A program made the translations under genes and the position numbers. This document shows positions 42,342 through 52,862 of a stretch of DNA of 64,000 nucleotides, piece by piece (the first letter of the stretch is position 1; the number at the start of each line of letters is the position of its first letter). Source of the stretch: a virus (Duplodnaviria; Caudoviricetes); IMG/VR virus record IMGVR_UViG_3300013281_000008, positions 19,143 to 83,142 of that record. The stretch is one strand, 5' to 3'. The notes under the pieces were generated by a model. That model made no database searches. It had not been told where the DNA came from and saw nothing but the letters and a program-made list of their open reading frames with translations.

Positions 42342-45300
42342 ATGAGTCAGCAATTAACAATTCGAACTCAAGGTCTTTATCGCAATACTAACGAACTCTC
42401 TGAAACACCAGAAGGTTCTTTACTTACTGCAGATAATATCGTAATTGATAAAGACAGCATTATTGAACCACGTCGTGGTTTAGATTCACTTGCCTATAAA
42501 TTTCGTGATGCTTCCGACCGTGCTATAAATCTATTCTTCTACAAAGATGCTTTATTGGCTCATAATAGCACGGACTTAATGAGCCGTTATGATTCAACCG
42601 GAGTTGCAGTTACTGGCGACTTTACATCTAGCACGAATATAATTACGTCCATTGCGCCAAATACCGATGATTTATCAGTCGGCCAAACTGTTGTCGGAAC
42701 CTACGTATTTGAATTAACAGCGGTTGCCGACGTAGCCGGAAGCTTAGCTGGTAAATACTTTCTATTTAATGCCGCTCAAAATAGTACTAGATACTATGGT
42801 TGGTTTCAAGTTTCTGGTTCTGGAATAAATCCAAACGTACCAAATAGAACCGGTGTTCAAATTAACATATCGACAAACGACACCGCAAATACTGTAGCCT
42901 CGGCAATTAACACGCAAGTGAACGCTTTGACCGATTTTAATTCTAGTGTTCTAGGTGCTATCGTAACTGTTACGAATGCAAATGTTGGAGATTCTGATAT
43001 TGCAAGAAACGCCCCGGGCGTAGACTCTCCAGGATTTACATTTAATAATATTGGTACTGGTGTTCCAGAGGGAACCGTTATTGACAGTATCGATAGCGCT
43101 TCCCAAGTAACTGTGTCCCAAAACTTCACCGAAACTCGAACTGGTGGTAATATAGCCTTTGCCGGATGGCGTAATTATAATGGAACTTATACCGCTCCCG
43201 GTGCCGCTTATACTAGAATTAGGGCATCTACCTCTAATCAGAACTTCTATTTTGTTTCCAATACTGGAGTTAAAAAGCTTGATAGCTTAGACGGTACTAT
43301 TATTAATTCCGGCGGAATAAAAGCCATTGATGGGGCTGGAACTACGACCGGATCTTCTGGTTTTTTAGCCAACAATTTTAAAGTCGCATATAGGATTGTT
43401 TGGGGTTATAAAGACACCAACAATAACTTAATTTTAGGAGTCCCAAGCGAGCGCATCGTTGTCAATAATACGAGCGGCGGAACCAGAGATGTAGAATTAA
43501 CTATTTATATTCCAGATGGTATTACTGTCGATTATTTCTATCAAATCTATCGTTCCGAACAAGCTGATGTAAATGGAGAAGGTCCTTCAGACGAGCTTAG
43601 GCTTGTATATGAGGATAATCCAACATCTGCTGAATTGACTGACGAAGAAATCGTATTAACTGAAAATACTCCAGAAGATCTTAGAGATGGAGCTCTCATT
43701 TACACAGCGCCGTCTCAAGAAACCATTCTTCAAGCGAATGAAATACCGCCATATGCGCAAGATATAGACGTATTTCAAAATTGCATGTTCTATGCGAATA
43801 CTCGAACACGTCAACAGCTTCCTTTGACATTGTTAGCCGTTGGGGCTCCAACTGGATTGAATTATATAGTTCAGGACGCAACCTATGTAAATGCTACAAC
43901 ATTCACGGTTGTATCGGCGTCTGGTATTGCAGTTGGAATGCTTATTACTGGTCCTGGGGCTAATATTCCATCTGGATTGAGTGTTTCAAACGTCAATGGT
44001 ACTACCATTACGGTGACTGGTGGGACTCTTACCGCTTGGGGTGGAACTATCTCTGTCCAATTTAGAGATGGTATAACAATCAATGGTGTGCAGTACATAT
44101 CTAATAATTTGACAGAATATGATAATACTGTTACGTTTACGGCGGCTTCTCCAGGTAAGGTTAATTGGACAGCTCACGGATTAACTGCTAATTCAACCAT
44201 TGTCTTTTCAACAACTGGGACACTTCCAACTGGATTAGTTGCAGGAACCACCTATTATGTAAATAATCCAGGCGCCAACGATTTTGAGATTGCAGCCACT
44301 CAAGAAGGCACAAGTATTAACTTAATTGATACTGGAACTGGTGTTCATACGGCAATTGCCAACCAAAGACGTTTTCAAGTCTATACTGGCGGATCTCCGG
44401 CCCAAAATGTTGACACCACAGCCAGACAAATAATTCGAGTCGTAAATACAACATCTTTGAATACTACGGTCTATGGATATTATTTATCAGGTCCAGAAGA
44501 TCTTCCAGGACAAATGTTAATAGAGGCGCGAACTGTTTCAGTTGCTCAATTTTTTACAACAGCAACTTCTCACGGAAGTGCATTTAATCCAGTTCTTCCA
44601 ACATCTGGTACTTCTGTTGCTTCCATTAATGATGAATTTAAAAATGGTCTTTATTTTAGTAAACCTCTTCAACCAGAAGCCGTTCCATCTGGAAACTTCT
44701 TAAGAATTGGTGATGCTGACGAAGAAATCCTTCGTATAAAACGACTTCGAGATGCTCTTTTCATATTTAAAAAGGATGGAATCTTTCGAGTAATCGGGGA
44801 TGATCCTACTACATTTAGGGCGGATCTTTTGGATAATACGGCAACTATCGTTGCTCCAGAATCAGTTGTAACCCTCAATAACCAGATCTTTATGCTTGCT
44901 GATCAGGGAGTTGTTGTTGTTTCTGATACTGGTGCAGAAGTTATCTCTCGGCAAATTGAAAATGACTTTCTAGAATTATATAGCCTAGATTTTGAAAAGG
45001 TAACTAATCTTTCCTTTGGTGTGGCTTATGAATCTGATCGAAAATATATGCTTGGAATTATATCATCTGATCTAGACACATATCCAACCCAACTGTATGT
45101 TTATAATAATTTCACTAGAGCTTGGACTAAATGGACTATATCTAAACAAGCCGGAATTGTGGACCTGGAAACAGACCGACTTTATTTCGCAGATGCTGTA
45201 AGTAATAAAGTTAATGTTGAGCGTAAAGCTCGCGATTATAGCGATTATATTGACGATGAATTTAATGTAGAGCTACTCGCACAATCTGATAAAGTGCTAA

Positions 45301-45836
45301 CGCTCAGTAGCGTGTCTAACATTGTTTCTGGAGACCTTTTATTCCAAGGCAATACTTTTACCACCAAGATCTTGAGTGTGGACGGTTCAACGTCACAGGT
45401 TACTATTCAAGATGAGATCGATTTTGTCATTAACGAAGATGTAACCATTCTTAAAGCAATCGATGTAGAATTTGAATATATTCCTGAAGATGCTCGTAAT
45501 CCAGGTATTACTAAACAGTTTAGAGAAATTAGCCTATTCTTTAAGGAAGGCTTTTTCGATACTCTCACTTTATCCTTCTCAAGCGACTTGAGTGGAGATT
45601 ATGAAGAAGTTGAATTGAGTGGTTATTTGATTGGATTCTGGGGCTTATTTCCTTGGGGTTCTTTACCTTGGGGTGGAGCGACTAGAGCTATTAATACTAG
45701 AACTTATGTTCCAGCTAATAAACAAAGATGCTCACAACTCAGCGTTCGGGTCAACCATAGAGAAGGTTATTCATACTTCCTACTTAACGGTTTAAGTTTG
45801 ATCTTTAACCAAATGAGCGAAAGATTGAGGAGATAA
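42342..45836 (+). CDS. Tail nozzle/tubular protein B-like with inserted beta domains
   Basis: N-terminal GL...N.L...PEGSLLTADN; LYFSKPLQPEAVP; C-terminal WGLFPWGSLPWGG; 1164 aa. Confidence 0.72.
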   Translation: MSQQLTIRTQGLYRNTNELSETPEGSLLTADNIVIDKDSIIEPRRGLDSLAYKFRDASDRAINLFFYKDALLAHNSTDLMSRYDSTGVAVTGDFTSSTNIITSIAPNTDDLSVGQTVVGTYVFELTAVADVAGSLAGKYFLFNAAQNSTRYYGWFQVSGSGINPNVPNRTGVQINISTNDTANTVASAINTQVNALTDFNSSVLGAIVTVTNANVGDSDIARNAPGVDSPGFTFNNIGTGVPEGTVIDSIDSASQVTVSQNFTETRTGGNIAFAGWRNYNGTYTAPGAAYTRIRASTSNQNFYFVSNTGVKKLDSLDGTIINSGGIKAIDGAGTTTGSSGFLANNFKVAYRIVWGYKDTNNNLILGVPSERIVVNNTSGGTRDVELTIYIPDGITVDYFYQIYRSEQADVNGEGPSDELRLVYEDNPTSAELTDEEIVLTENTPEDLRDGALIYTAPSQETILQANEIPPYAQDIDVFQNCMFYANTRTRQQLPLTLLAVGAPTGLNYIVQDATYVNATTFTVVSASGIAVGMLITGPGANIPSGLSVSNVNGTTITVTGGTLTAWGGTISVQFRDGITINGVQYISNNLTEYDNTVTFTAASPGKVNWTAHGLTANSTIVFSTTGTLPTGLVAGTTYYVNNPGANDFEIAATQEGTSINLIDTGTGVHTAIANQRRFQVYTGGSPAQNVDTTARQIIRVVNTTSLNTTVYGYYLSGPEDLPGQMLIEARTVSVAQFFTTATSHGSAFNPVLPTSGTSVASINDEFKNGLYFSKPLQPEAVPSGNFLRIGDADEEILRIKRLRDALFIFKKDGIFRVIGDDPTTFRADLLDNTATIVAPESVVTLNNQIFMLADQGVVVVSDTGAEVISRQIENDFLELYSLDFEKVTNLSFGVAYESDRKYMLGIISSDLDTYPTQLYVYNNFTRAWTKWTISKQAGIVDLETDRLYFADAVSNKVNVERKARDYSDYIDDEFNVELLAQSDKVLTLSSVSNIVSGDLLFQGNTFTTKILSVDGSTSQVTIQDEIDFVINEDVTILKAIDVEFEYIPEDARNPGITKQFREISLFFKEGFFDTLTLSFSSDLSGDYEEVELSGYLIGFWGLFPWGSLPWGGATRAINTRTYVPANKQRCSQLSVRVNHREGYSYFLLNGLSLIFNQMSERLRR

Positions 45837-45849
45837 TTGGAGGTGTACC

Positions 45850-46452
45850 ATCGCTAAAGCACCATCAAAACGTAGACTCCTTGTAGAAGACTTTCCTAGG
45901 GAACAAAGGGATTGGATAGGAAGTCTTTTGCAAATTCTCAACCAATTTATGGATGAGACCATTTTCGCTTTGTCTAAGAATGTTTCATTACGTGAGAATT
46001 CATTGGTACAAATTAAAGAACTTACTTTTAATGGTAATGCCAACGTTTATGGTGATATTACAAGTGCGTCTAATAGCATGACCAATGTATCTTCTACATA
46101 TGGATTTGTCGCCGGAATGACCATATCAGGCCCTGGAATCCCAGTAAATACAACTATTTCGGCAGTAGCTGGGTCTACAATAACTATGTCAGCTAACGCG
46201 ACTGCTACTATAACTGGCGTTCCAGTTATTGTTGGGAATAACTTCCCATTAACCTTTAGATATGATTTAGCCGTTAAACCGATTGGAATTCAGGTTCTAG
46301 ATCTCTACGAAGACGTAGACAACGCTCAACCTATTCATGAAGCTCCATTTGTAAGCTGGTCGCAAAGTGCGGATCAGATAATTATTAGCAATATAACGGG
46401 CCTTAAGGTCAATGTTCCATATTCAATTCGTTTTGCTGTATATGGGGAATAA
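45850..46452 (+). CDS. Virion protein; probable ATC start at 45850
   Basis: Perfect SD GGAGGT 5 nt before ATC; frame open from a TGA at 45826 with no ATG/GTG/TTG before 45928. Confidence 0.6.
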   Translation: MAKAPSKRRLLVEDFPREQRDWIGSLLQILNQFMDETIFALSKNVSLRENSLVQIKELTFNGNANVYGDITSASNSMTNVSSTYGFVAGMTISGPGIPVNTTISAVAGSTITMSANATATITGVPVIVGNNFPLTFRYDLAVKPIGIQVLDLYEDVDNAQPIHEAPFVSWSQSADQIIISNITGLKVNVPYSIRFAVYGE

Positions 46453-46453
46453 T

Positions 46454-46463
46454 TAATAAGTAT
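46454..46463 (+). promoter_or_regulatory. Late-promoter-like motif TAATAAGTAT
   Basis: Before the 46478 gene. Confidence 0.6.
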
Positions 46464-46477
46464 ATAAGAGGACAGAG

Positions 46478-49400
46478 ATGGCATTTATTCGAGATTCAAA
46501 AAGAGGCGGAAAGGACGATATTTTACGTTCTGGGGCTGTTTCTGCGCCTTCATCCACAGCACCGGCTCCTGGAACTCAAGCACCGTCTACTCCGGCAACC
46601 CCCGAATCTAGACGTACGTCCGGTCAGGCCCCGACTGTCCAAAAATACCTCCAAGCTGGTAAGGGAGTTGGTCTTGGAAAAACTTTAGCCACAGATGTAA
46701 CTCAGAAACTTCAAAAGGCTAAAGAAGATGTCCAAACTGCAGCTGGTGAAACATATGGTCAAATTAAAGCCCAAACTGCTCAATATAAACCTGAATTAAT
46801 TCAAGCCGGATTACTCGCAGCTGGGAAAACCGACCAGCCTTCACAAGAGCTTTATAAAGAATATCAAGATTACGAAAAAAGTATTCAAGAAGGGTATAAA
46901 GGACCAGCCGGGTTTACACAGGATCAACAAACCGCTCTAAACAAGTTGTACGAAGATCTTCGTAAAAAAGCAGAAGCTACCAAAACCGAAGAAGGTCGTT
47001 TTCAACTTCTTGGTGAAAAATATGCTTCACCAACTTATAGTAAAGGTCAATCAAAACTTGATCAATTGTTACTTCAAACCGATCCAGAAGCCAGAAAACA
47101 ATTTGAAGCTCTCCAACTTGGTGTATCAGAAGCGCCAAAAGCTTATGAAAGTGCGCAAGAAAAGCTTCAAAAAGCAGCAGAACAACAACGTTTAGGATAC
47201 CAATACGCTCAGCAAGAAATTGAACGTGCTAAAGGTAAGCAGATTACTAATGAAATTCAGAAACCTGCTGAACTAAATGAGGTTATTGGTAAATCTCAAG
47301 CTCAATTAAATCTTGAGAAATATCTAAGAGATCAACAAGCTGCAAAAGAGGCAGCAATTAAAGCCGCTGAAGAACAACGTAAAGCCGCAGAACAAGCTGA
47401 ATTACGACGTATTCAAGAAGAAACGGAACGTGCGGCGGCTGCTAAAACGACACAAGAGGAAGCGGCTCGTCAAGCCGAACTCCAAAAGCAATATGAAGCA
47501 GCGCTTTCTCAACAACAAGAAGAAGCGCGTAAAAAGGCTGAAGAACAAGCTAAACTTCTAGCAGATCAAGAACAAGCCAGACTGTATCAAGAAGCACAAA
47601 CTAGAGCACAAGCTGAAGCTGCAGCAAAAGCTGCTCAAGAAAAAGCAGCTGCAGAAGCTCAACGTAAAGCGCTTGAAGAACAAGTTGCTTCTGAAAAGGC
47701 GGCAGCTGATCAAAAAGCAGCTCAAGAAGCTGAACTTGCTAAACAAGCTGAAATCGCTCGTATGCAAGAAGTTGCACGTCAAGAAGCTGCTAAACAAGCT
47801 GAAGAAGCCGCACAGCGCAAAGCCGCCGAAGAAGCCGCAGCTAAAGCACAAGCTGAAGCTGCAGCAAAAGCTGCTCAAGAAAAAGCAGCTGCAGAAGAAA
47901 AAGCAGAACTCGAACGGGCTGCTCAAGAAAAAGCAGCAGCTGAAGAAGCAGCACGTCAAGCTAAATCTGAACAAGAACGACTTGCCGCAGAACAAGCCGC
48001 AAAAGACGCAGCGGCTAGAGAAGCTCAATTAAAACAAGAAGCAGAAGCTAAGGCCGCAGAACAAGCTAGGCTTGCTCAAGAAAAAGCAGCCGCAGATGCT
48101 AAAGCTGCTGAAGATAAACGTATCGCAGATGAGCAATATGCCCAATCTGTAAAGCAATACGATGATAAGATTAAATCTGATTTAAGTCAAATCAAAACAG
48201 AAGATGAACTTAATAAATATCTTGCAACTCTAGATACTAGAGGAGTTGCTCGTCCTGGAGAAATCCGAACTGAAGATCTTAAAGCGCTTACAGACGTGCA
48301 AAAGAAAACTCTAACAGATCAATGGAAACAAATTCAATCTGATTCAAAAAAACAAGAACAACAAGTAGCTATAGATCAAGCTAAATTACAATTGGAAGAA
48401 TCAGCAAAAGCAGTTCAACAACAAAAAGATGAATTAAAATCTTTGCAAGATAAGTTAGCTAAAGTCAATGATCAAATAAATATGGTAAATCAAGCTGCTA
48501 AATCTATTGTTGATACTAATAGCTGGATTACATTGCCTGCTAATTTTAATTTTGAGTCAATATATACTCCACAAGAACTTCAACAAATTAAAGGTCTATA
48601 TTCTAAGAATCCAGATGGATCTACTAGAATTCATCAAGGTATACTTAATTCGGCTAATGTTGGATTACTTTGGGCTAAATTACAGCCATTACAAAAACAA
48701 TTACCAAGTCAAATTGCTTCAATGCAGCAAAACATAGTTAATGCTGAAAACCAATCTAAAGAATTAAATACCAAATTAGATCAATTGTATAAAGAATCTC
48801 TTTCTACTGAAGATTATAAGAAATATGAAACTCAGAAGCAGGTTGATAAATATAATCAATATATTGCTGAAAACTTTCCTAAAGTAAATGAACAAGAAAA
48901 ATTAACTGAATTATCTGATCTTCAAAAGTCTTTAGATGCTGGATTTAATAGTCTCAAAGATCATTTTAAAAATACTTATGGTATCTCTGGTGATGCTGCT
49001 CAAGTTGCTGAACAACTTAAAGCTCTTGCCCAACAGAATCCTGAAATGAAGAAGAAAATGGATAGTGATCATTTTGTTCAGGAATTTGCATTACAGAGAG
49101 ATGTTGCCAACATGGCTGCTTCTCAAATTAAAGCACTCCAAAGTGGTCAATTTAAACAACCACAAACGTTGCAAGATTTGTACGACTATAATGTAAATAA
49201 GATTAAACAACAATCAGTAATGCAACAAATGCAGGACTATAAAGATCTAGCTCAAATTAAAAGTGATTTAGCAGCTGGAAAAGTCAGTAGTGCTTTAACC
49301 AAGATGTATCCAGATCTTATTCCTTCATATGTCTTGCAAAATTCTACGTTTGGAATTGATCCGTCTAAATATATTAAAGTTAATGAAAAAGCTTATACTG

Positions 49401-50029
49401 ATTTAGCTAGTTATGCGACTCCTGAGCAAATAAGTCAACTTAGTGAAGTTTCTAAGATATTGGGACTTGACTTTAATATTAGTACTAAAAATGTCGGCCA
49501 ATATTTAGATAATAAAGTTGCTCCTTTTACCTTTGATGAAAAGGCTTATAAAGTCGCAGTTGAAGATGTTAAAACTAAATTAACAGATAATTTAAATACA
49601 GCTCAAAAGAAGTATACAGACGCTGCTAATGCTATAGAATCGTCTTTAAGCACTGAAAAGAATATTGCAAATGGTGCTGCACAGAAAATGAGCACTTATT
49701 CATCCTCTATGTCCGGACTCGTTAATACCATGTATAATGAAGCCGTTTCTAAAGGATATAAAGGTTCTAAAGACTTTAACCAAATATCTCAATGGGTTAA
49801 ATCTAAATGGCCTTCTTCTACATATACGGCTGGTAAACAACTTTATGCCAGAATAAATGATTATAATACATTGGCCGGACAGTACTCTACAGCTCAACAA
49901 CAATATAATTCTGTAACTAATAGTATTAATTCTAAGAGAGATTCATATTTAAGTTCGTACAAAACGGCTTTAACTAATGCTCAAAATCAATACAATGCTG
50001 TAGCTAATAAAAAGGTTACAGCTTATTAA
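46478..50029 (+). CDS. Large internal virion/ejection protein with a TolA-like A/E/K/Q helix
   Basis: 1183 aa, coiled-coil throughout; AEAAAKAAQEKAAAE repeats (53-bp direct repeat at 47605 and 47845). Confidence 0.7.
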   Translation: MAFIRDSKRGGKDDILRSGAVSAPSSTAPAPGTQAPSTPATPESRRTSGQAPTVQKYLQAGKGVGLGKTLATDVTQKLQKAKEDVQTAAGETYGQIKAQTAQYKPELIQAGLLAAGKTDQPSQELYKEYQDYEKSIQEGYKGPAGFTQDQQTALNKLYEDLRKKAEATKTEEGRFQLLGEKYASPTYSKGQSKLDQLLLQTDPEARKQFEALQLGVSEAPKAYESAQEKLQKAAEQQRLGYQYAQQEIERAKGKQITNEIQKPAELNEVIGKSQAQLNLEKYLRDQQAAKEAAIKAAEEQRKAAEQAELRRIQEETERAAAAKTTQEEAARQAELQKQYEAALSQQQEEARKKAEEQAKLLADQEQARLYQEAQTRAQAEAAAKAAQEKAAAEAQRKALEEQVASEKAAADQKAAQEAELAKQAEIARMQEVARQEAAKQAEEAAQRKAAEEAAAKAQAEAAAKAAQEKAAAEEKAELERAAQEKAAAEEAARQAKSEQERLAAEQAAKDAAAREAQLKQEAEAKAAEQARLAQEKAAADAKAAEDKRIADEQYAQSVKQYDDKIKSDLSQIKTEDELNKYLATLDTRGVARPGEIRTEDLKALTDVQKKTLTDQWKQIQSDSKKQEQQVAIDQAKLQLEESAKAVQQQKDELKSLQDKLAKVNDQINMVNQAAKSIVDTNSWITLPANFNFESIYTPQELQQIKGLYSKNPDGSTRIHQGILNSANVGLLWAKLQPLQKQLPSQIASMQQNIVNAENQSKELNTKLDQLYKESLSTEDYKKYETQKQVDKYNQYIAENFPKVNEQEKLTELSDLQKSLDAGFNSLKDHFKNTYGISGDAAQVAEQLKALAQQNPEMKKKMDSDHFVQEFALQRDVANMAASQIKALQSGQFKQPQTLQDLYDYNVNKIKQQSVMQQMQDYKDLAQIKSDLAAGKVSSALTKMYPDLIPSYVLQNSTFGIDPSKYIKVNEKAYTDLASYATPEQISQLSEVSKILGLDFNISTKNVGQYLDNKVAPFTFDEKAYKVAVEDVKTKLTDNLNTAQKKYTDAANAIESSLSTEKNIANGAAQKMSTYSSSMSGLVNTMYNEAVSKGYKGSKDFNQISQWVKSKWPSSTYTAGKQLYARINDYNTLAGQYSTAQQQYNSVTNSINSKRDSYLSSYKTALTNAQNQYNAVANKKVTAY

Positions 50030-50076
50030 TAAGTTTATTATATGAAGATCATTATAAGAAAGTGTAGGGGATAATA

Positions 50077-51192
50077 ATGGCTGGAGTCACAAGCGCAGTT
50101 GTTGGCGGAGCTGTTGCTGCCGGAAGTGCCGTAGCCGGTGGTATTCAAGCTCATAAAGCAGGTAAAGCGACCAAGGGTGCCCAACGTAAAGCCGAAGAAC
50201 TTCAAGCTGAGCAGATGGAACAATGGGATCAGCTTAAACAAAAAATCCCATCTATTTCGGATCGCCTATACGAACTTGAACGTTTTAAACAAGTTGGCGA
50301 GCTTACTCCTGAAATGGAAGAAGCTATTAAACAAGAAGAAACTGAGCTTAAAAAGATTCAACTCGACCCAACGTATAAACAAGCCCAATTAGACGCTTTG
50401 GCTCAATTGCAAGAAATTGCAGATGCTAAGGGTATTACCCCAATTGAAAGAGCCCAACTGGCTCGCATTCAAAATGAACTTGGTAATATTGAGAAGGCTT
50501 CTAGACAAGCCATCTTGCAACGTGCCGCACAAATGGGCACTCTTACTGGTGGTCAAACCGTCCAAGCTCAATTACTTGCTTCTCAAGAAGCAGCTAACCG
50601 AGGTGCTTTAGCTGGAACCGAAATTGCTTCTCAAGCTTATAAACGAGCTATGGATGCAATTGCACAGCGTGGTGAATTGGCTGGTGGTCTTCGTGAACAA
50701 GAGTATGGTGAGCAACGAGACGTAGCTTCTGCGCAAGATATTATTAATCAAGCTAACGTACGTCAGCAAGCCGATGTGCAAACTCGCAACGTGGCGGCTA
50801 GAAATATAGCCCAACAAGAGAATCTTGCTCAGCAACAAAGAGTTGCAGATCTTAATGTTCAAGCTGGACAAGAAGAAGCTAGACGTCAAGCTCAAGCTAA
50901 AGAAGACTATTATCAAGACTTATATAGAGTTGAAGCTGGTAAATCTGGTTTACTTGGTCAACAAGCTGCCGATCAAGCTGCGATTGCTGATCGAAAGCGC
51001 CAAGAGGCAGCCGCTGGAACATCTGGAATGCTTGGTGGAATTGGAAAGATTGGTGGATCTCTGCTAGATTATGGTGTAAAGAATTGGCCTACGCAATCGA
51101 TTGCTGGTGGTTCTCAATTCACTACATCGGGGAGTGATTTGGTTAAACAACCTTCTCTTGGAACTTATCAGTTTGACCCATATAAGAAATAA
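50077..51192 (+). CDS. Ejection/pilot protein
   Basis: Gly/Ala-rich hydrophobic N-terminus, Gln/Ala coiled coil, GMLGGIGKIGG end. Confidence 0.7.
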   Translation: MAGVTSAVVGGAVAAGSAVAGGIQAHKAGKATKGAQRKAEELQAEQMEQWDQLKQKIPSISDRLYELERFKQVGELTPEMEEAIKQEETELKKIQLDPTYKQAQLDALAQLQEIADAKGITPIERAQLARIQNELGNIEKASRQAILQRAAQMGTLTGGQTVQAQLLASQEAANRGALAGTEIASQAYKRAMDAIAQRGELAGGLREQEYGEQRDVASAQDIINQANVRQQADVQTRNVAARNIAQQENLAQQQRVADLNVQAGQEEARRQAQAKEDYYQDLYRVEAGKSGLLGQQAADQAAIADRKRQEAAAGTSGMLGGIGKIGGSLLDYGVKNWPTQSIAGGSQFTTSGSDLVKQPSLGTYQFDPYKK

Positions 51193-52851
51193 TTGGAGAT
51201 AATAATGGCACCTAGATTAACAGATGAACAAATCGATTATTATGCTCGTTTGGGTATTGTTCCTGATTGGATGAAAAAACGCCCAGGTGCTGAACGACTT
51301 CCTATGGAAGATCTTCGTTCTTCCAATGAGCCAGTGCCGGAATTAATTCAATCAGAAGCTCAAGTAATGGAGCCAATGGCTTCTCCAGAACTAGAAGTGC
51401 CTCGTTCCAATCTGCAGACCATGACTCCTTCTGAATTCGATGCTGAACTGCAGTTTAAAAAGCCCGGATTGTTTGAATCTAAATACGCTGAGATGTCTCC
51501 AGAAGAAGCAGATGCTGCAATTATGGCCGAAGAACCGGCTAAAGAAGAATCCGATGTTTTAAAAGAATTGGACTTGTCTGCTTTGATGCCTCAAGCTCCG
51601 AAGGAAATAGCCCCAGAGGCTAAACCCGAAGAACCAATGGCTGAAGCTCCGACTGATATGCCACCCCCTGCTGAATCTCCTAAAGTGCCTTCTCGCGAAG
51701 AGTTGTATGAGCAACTTAAAAAGAAGTATTCTTTCGAAGGTACTGATGTTGGACCAGAAGCGTTAAGAGATGCTCAATCTAAACGAGATGTTGGTGTTTT
51801 AGCTGGTGGTATCACTGAAGGATTAGCCGATATAGCAACTGGTGGAAAAGCTGATTCTGGGTTCTACAAGGAACTTCGATCACGTGCAGATCAACCAGTT
51901 AAGAATATCGAAGAACGTCGTAAAGAGATTGCTGAACGTTTAGGCTTAGATGAGAAGCTCGTAGCTGCCACTGAAAGAATGGCAGCTCAAGCCAGAGATG
52001 CCCAGTTAGATGATCCTAATGATCCTCGCATTAAATCGTGGAAAGCTCTTATTGAAACTCAAAATCCCGATCTTGTCAAGATGTATAAGGGACAAGGTAT
52101 TTGGGATGCTATGACTTGGCGACAAGTTCAAGATGGTCTTGGTAAGATTCAAGAAGCTTTCTTAGATCGAGAAGCTAAGAAAGAAGAATCTGAAATTCGT
52201 AGACAAGAAGCAGCTACAAAATCCGCTGAAACTAGTGATTATAGACAGCAAATTGCCAGCCAAAAACAACAAGAAGAAGGTCGTCGAGTTGGAAAAACAA
52301 TTGCGGATGAAGCTCAACGGTTGGGTCGTGGTGATAAAATCATTCAAGAACAACGTAAACAAATGGCCGCTTTTGAAGAAGTAGATAATCTTCTTAATCA
52401 ATCTAAGGCTGGTAATGAACAAGCCATTTCGGCACTCGGTACACGTTTAGCAAGAGCAATGGGTGAAGTCGGTGTTTTGACCGATGCGGACGTTACTCGA
52501 TATATAGCTGGCCAATCTTGGGGACGTAAATTCATGGATTGGGCCACCAGAGGATTAAAAGGAGAACTACCAAAATCTTCTGTAGAAGACCTGGAAGAGC
52601 TAACTAAACAGTTACGAGATGTTTATAACCATCGTATAAACCGAAATTATGACGAAGCCGCTAAGATATTAATGGAACGAACTCCACAATACGTTGATCA
52701 ATTTTCTGGTGAACGAGAACCAATGACTATTGAAAAAGCTAAAAGATTAGTAGGTCATCCTAACGCGTTTGAAGAACAAAAACAATCTGAAGATTCAGAT
52801 GCTAAGCGTAAAAGACTTGAAGAATTAAGAGCTAAAAAGGCCCAGAAATAA
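51193..52851 (+). CDS. Internal virion/ejection protein (start probably ATG 51205)
   Basis: Helical; ALGTRLARAMGEVGVLTDADV motif seen in phage ejection proteins. Confidence 0.65.
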   Translation: MEIIMAPRLTDEQIDYYARLGIVPDWMKKRPGAERLPMEDLRSSNEPVPELIQSEAQVMEPMASPELEVPRSNLQTMTPSEFDAELQFKKPGLFESKYAEMSPEEADAAIMAEEPAKEESDVLKELDLSALMPQAPKEIAPEAKPEEPMAEAPTDMPPPAESPKVPSREELYEQLKKKYSFEGTDVGPEALRDAQSKRDVGVLAGGITEGLADIATGGKADSGFYKELRSRADQPVKNIEERRKEIAERLGLDEKLVAATERMAAQARDAQLDDPNDPRIKSWKALIETQNPDLVKMYKGQGIWDAMTWRQVQDGLGKIQEAFLDREAKKEESEIRRQEAATKSAETSDYRQQIASQKQQEEGRRVGKTIADEAQRLGRGDKIIQEQRKQMAAFEEVDNLLNQSKAGNEQAISALGTRLARAMGEVGVLTDADVTRYIAGQSWGRKFMDWATRGLKGELPKSSVEDLEELTKQLRDVYNHRINRNYDEAAKILMERTPQYVDQFSGEREPMTIEKAKRLVGHPNAFEEQKQSEDSDAKRKRLEELRAKKAQK

Positions 52852-52862
52852 AAGGATTTATA

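Noticed and set aside
47558-48028. 156-aa Phe/Cys/Ser-rich minus-strand ORF
   Set aside because: Antisense shadow of the Ala/Glu/Lys repeat region.
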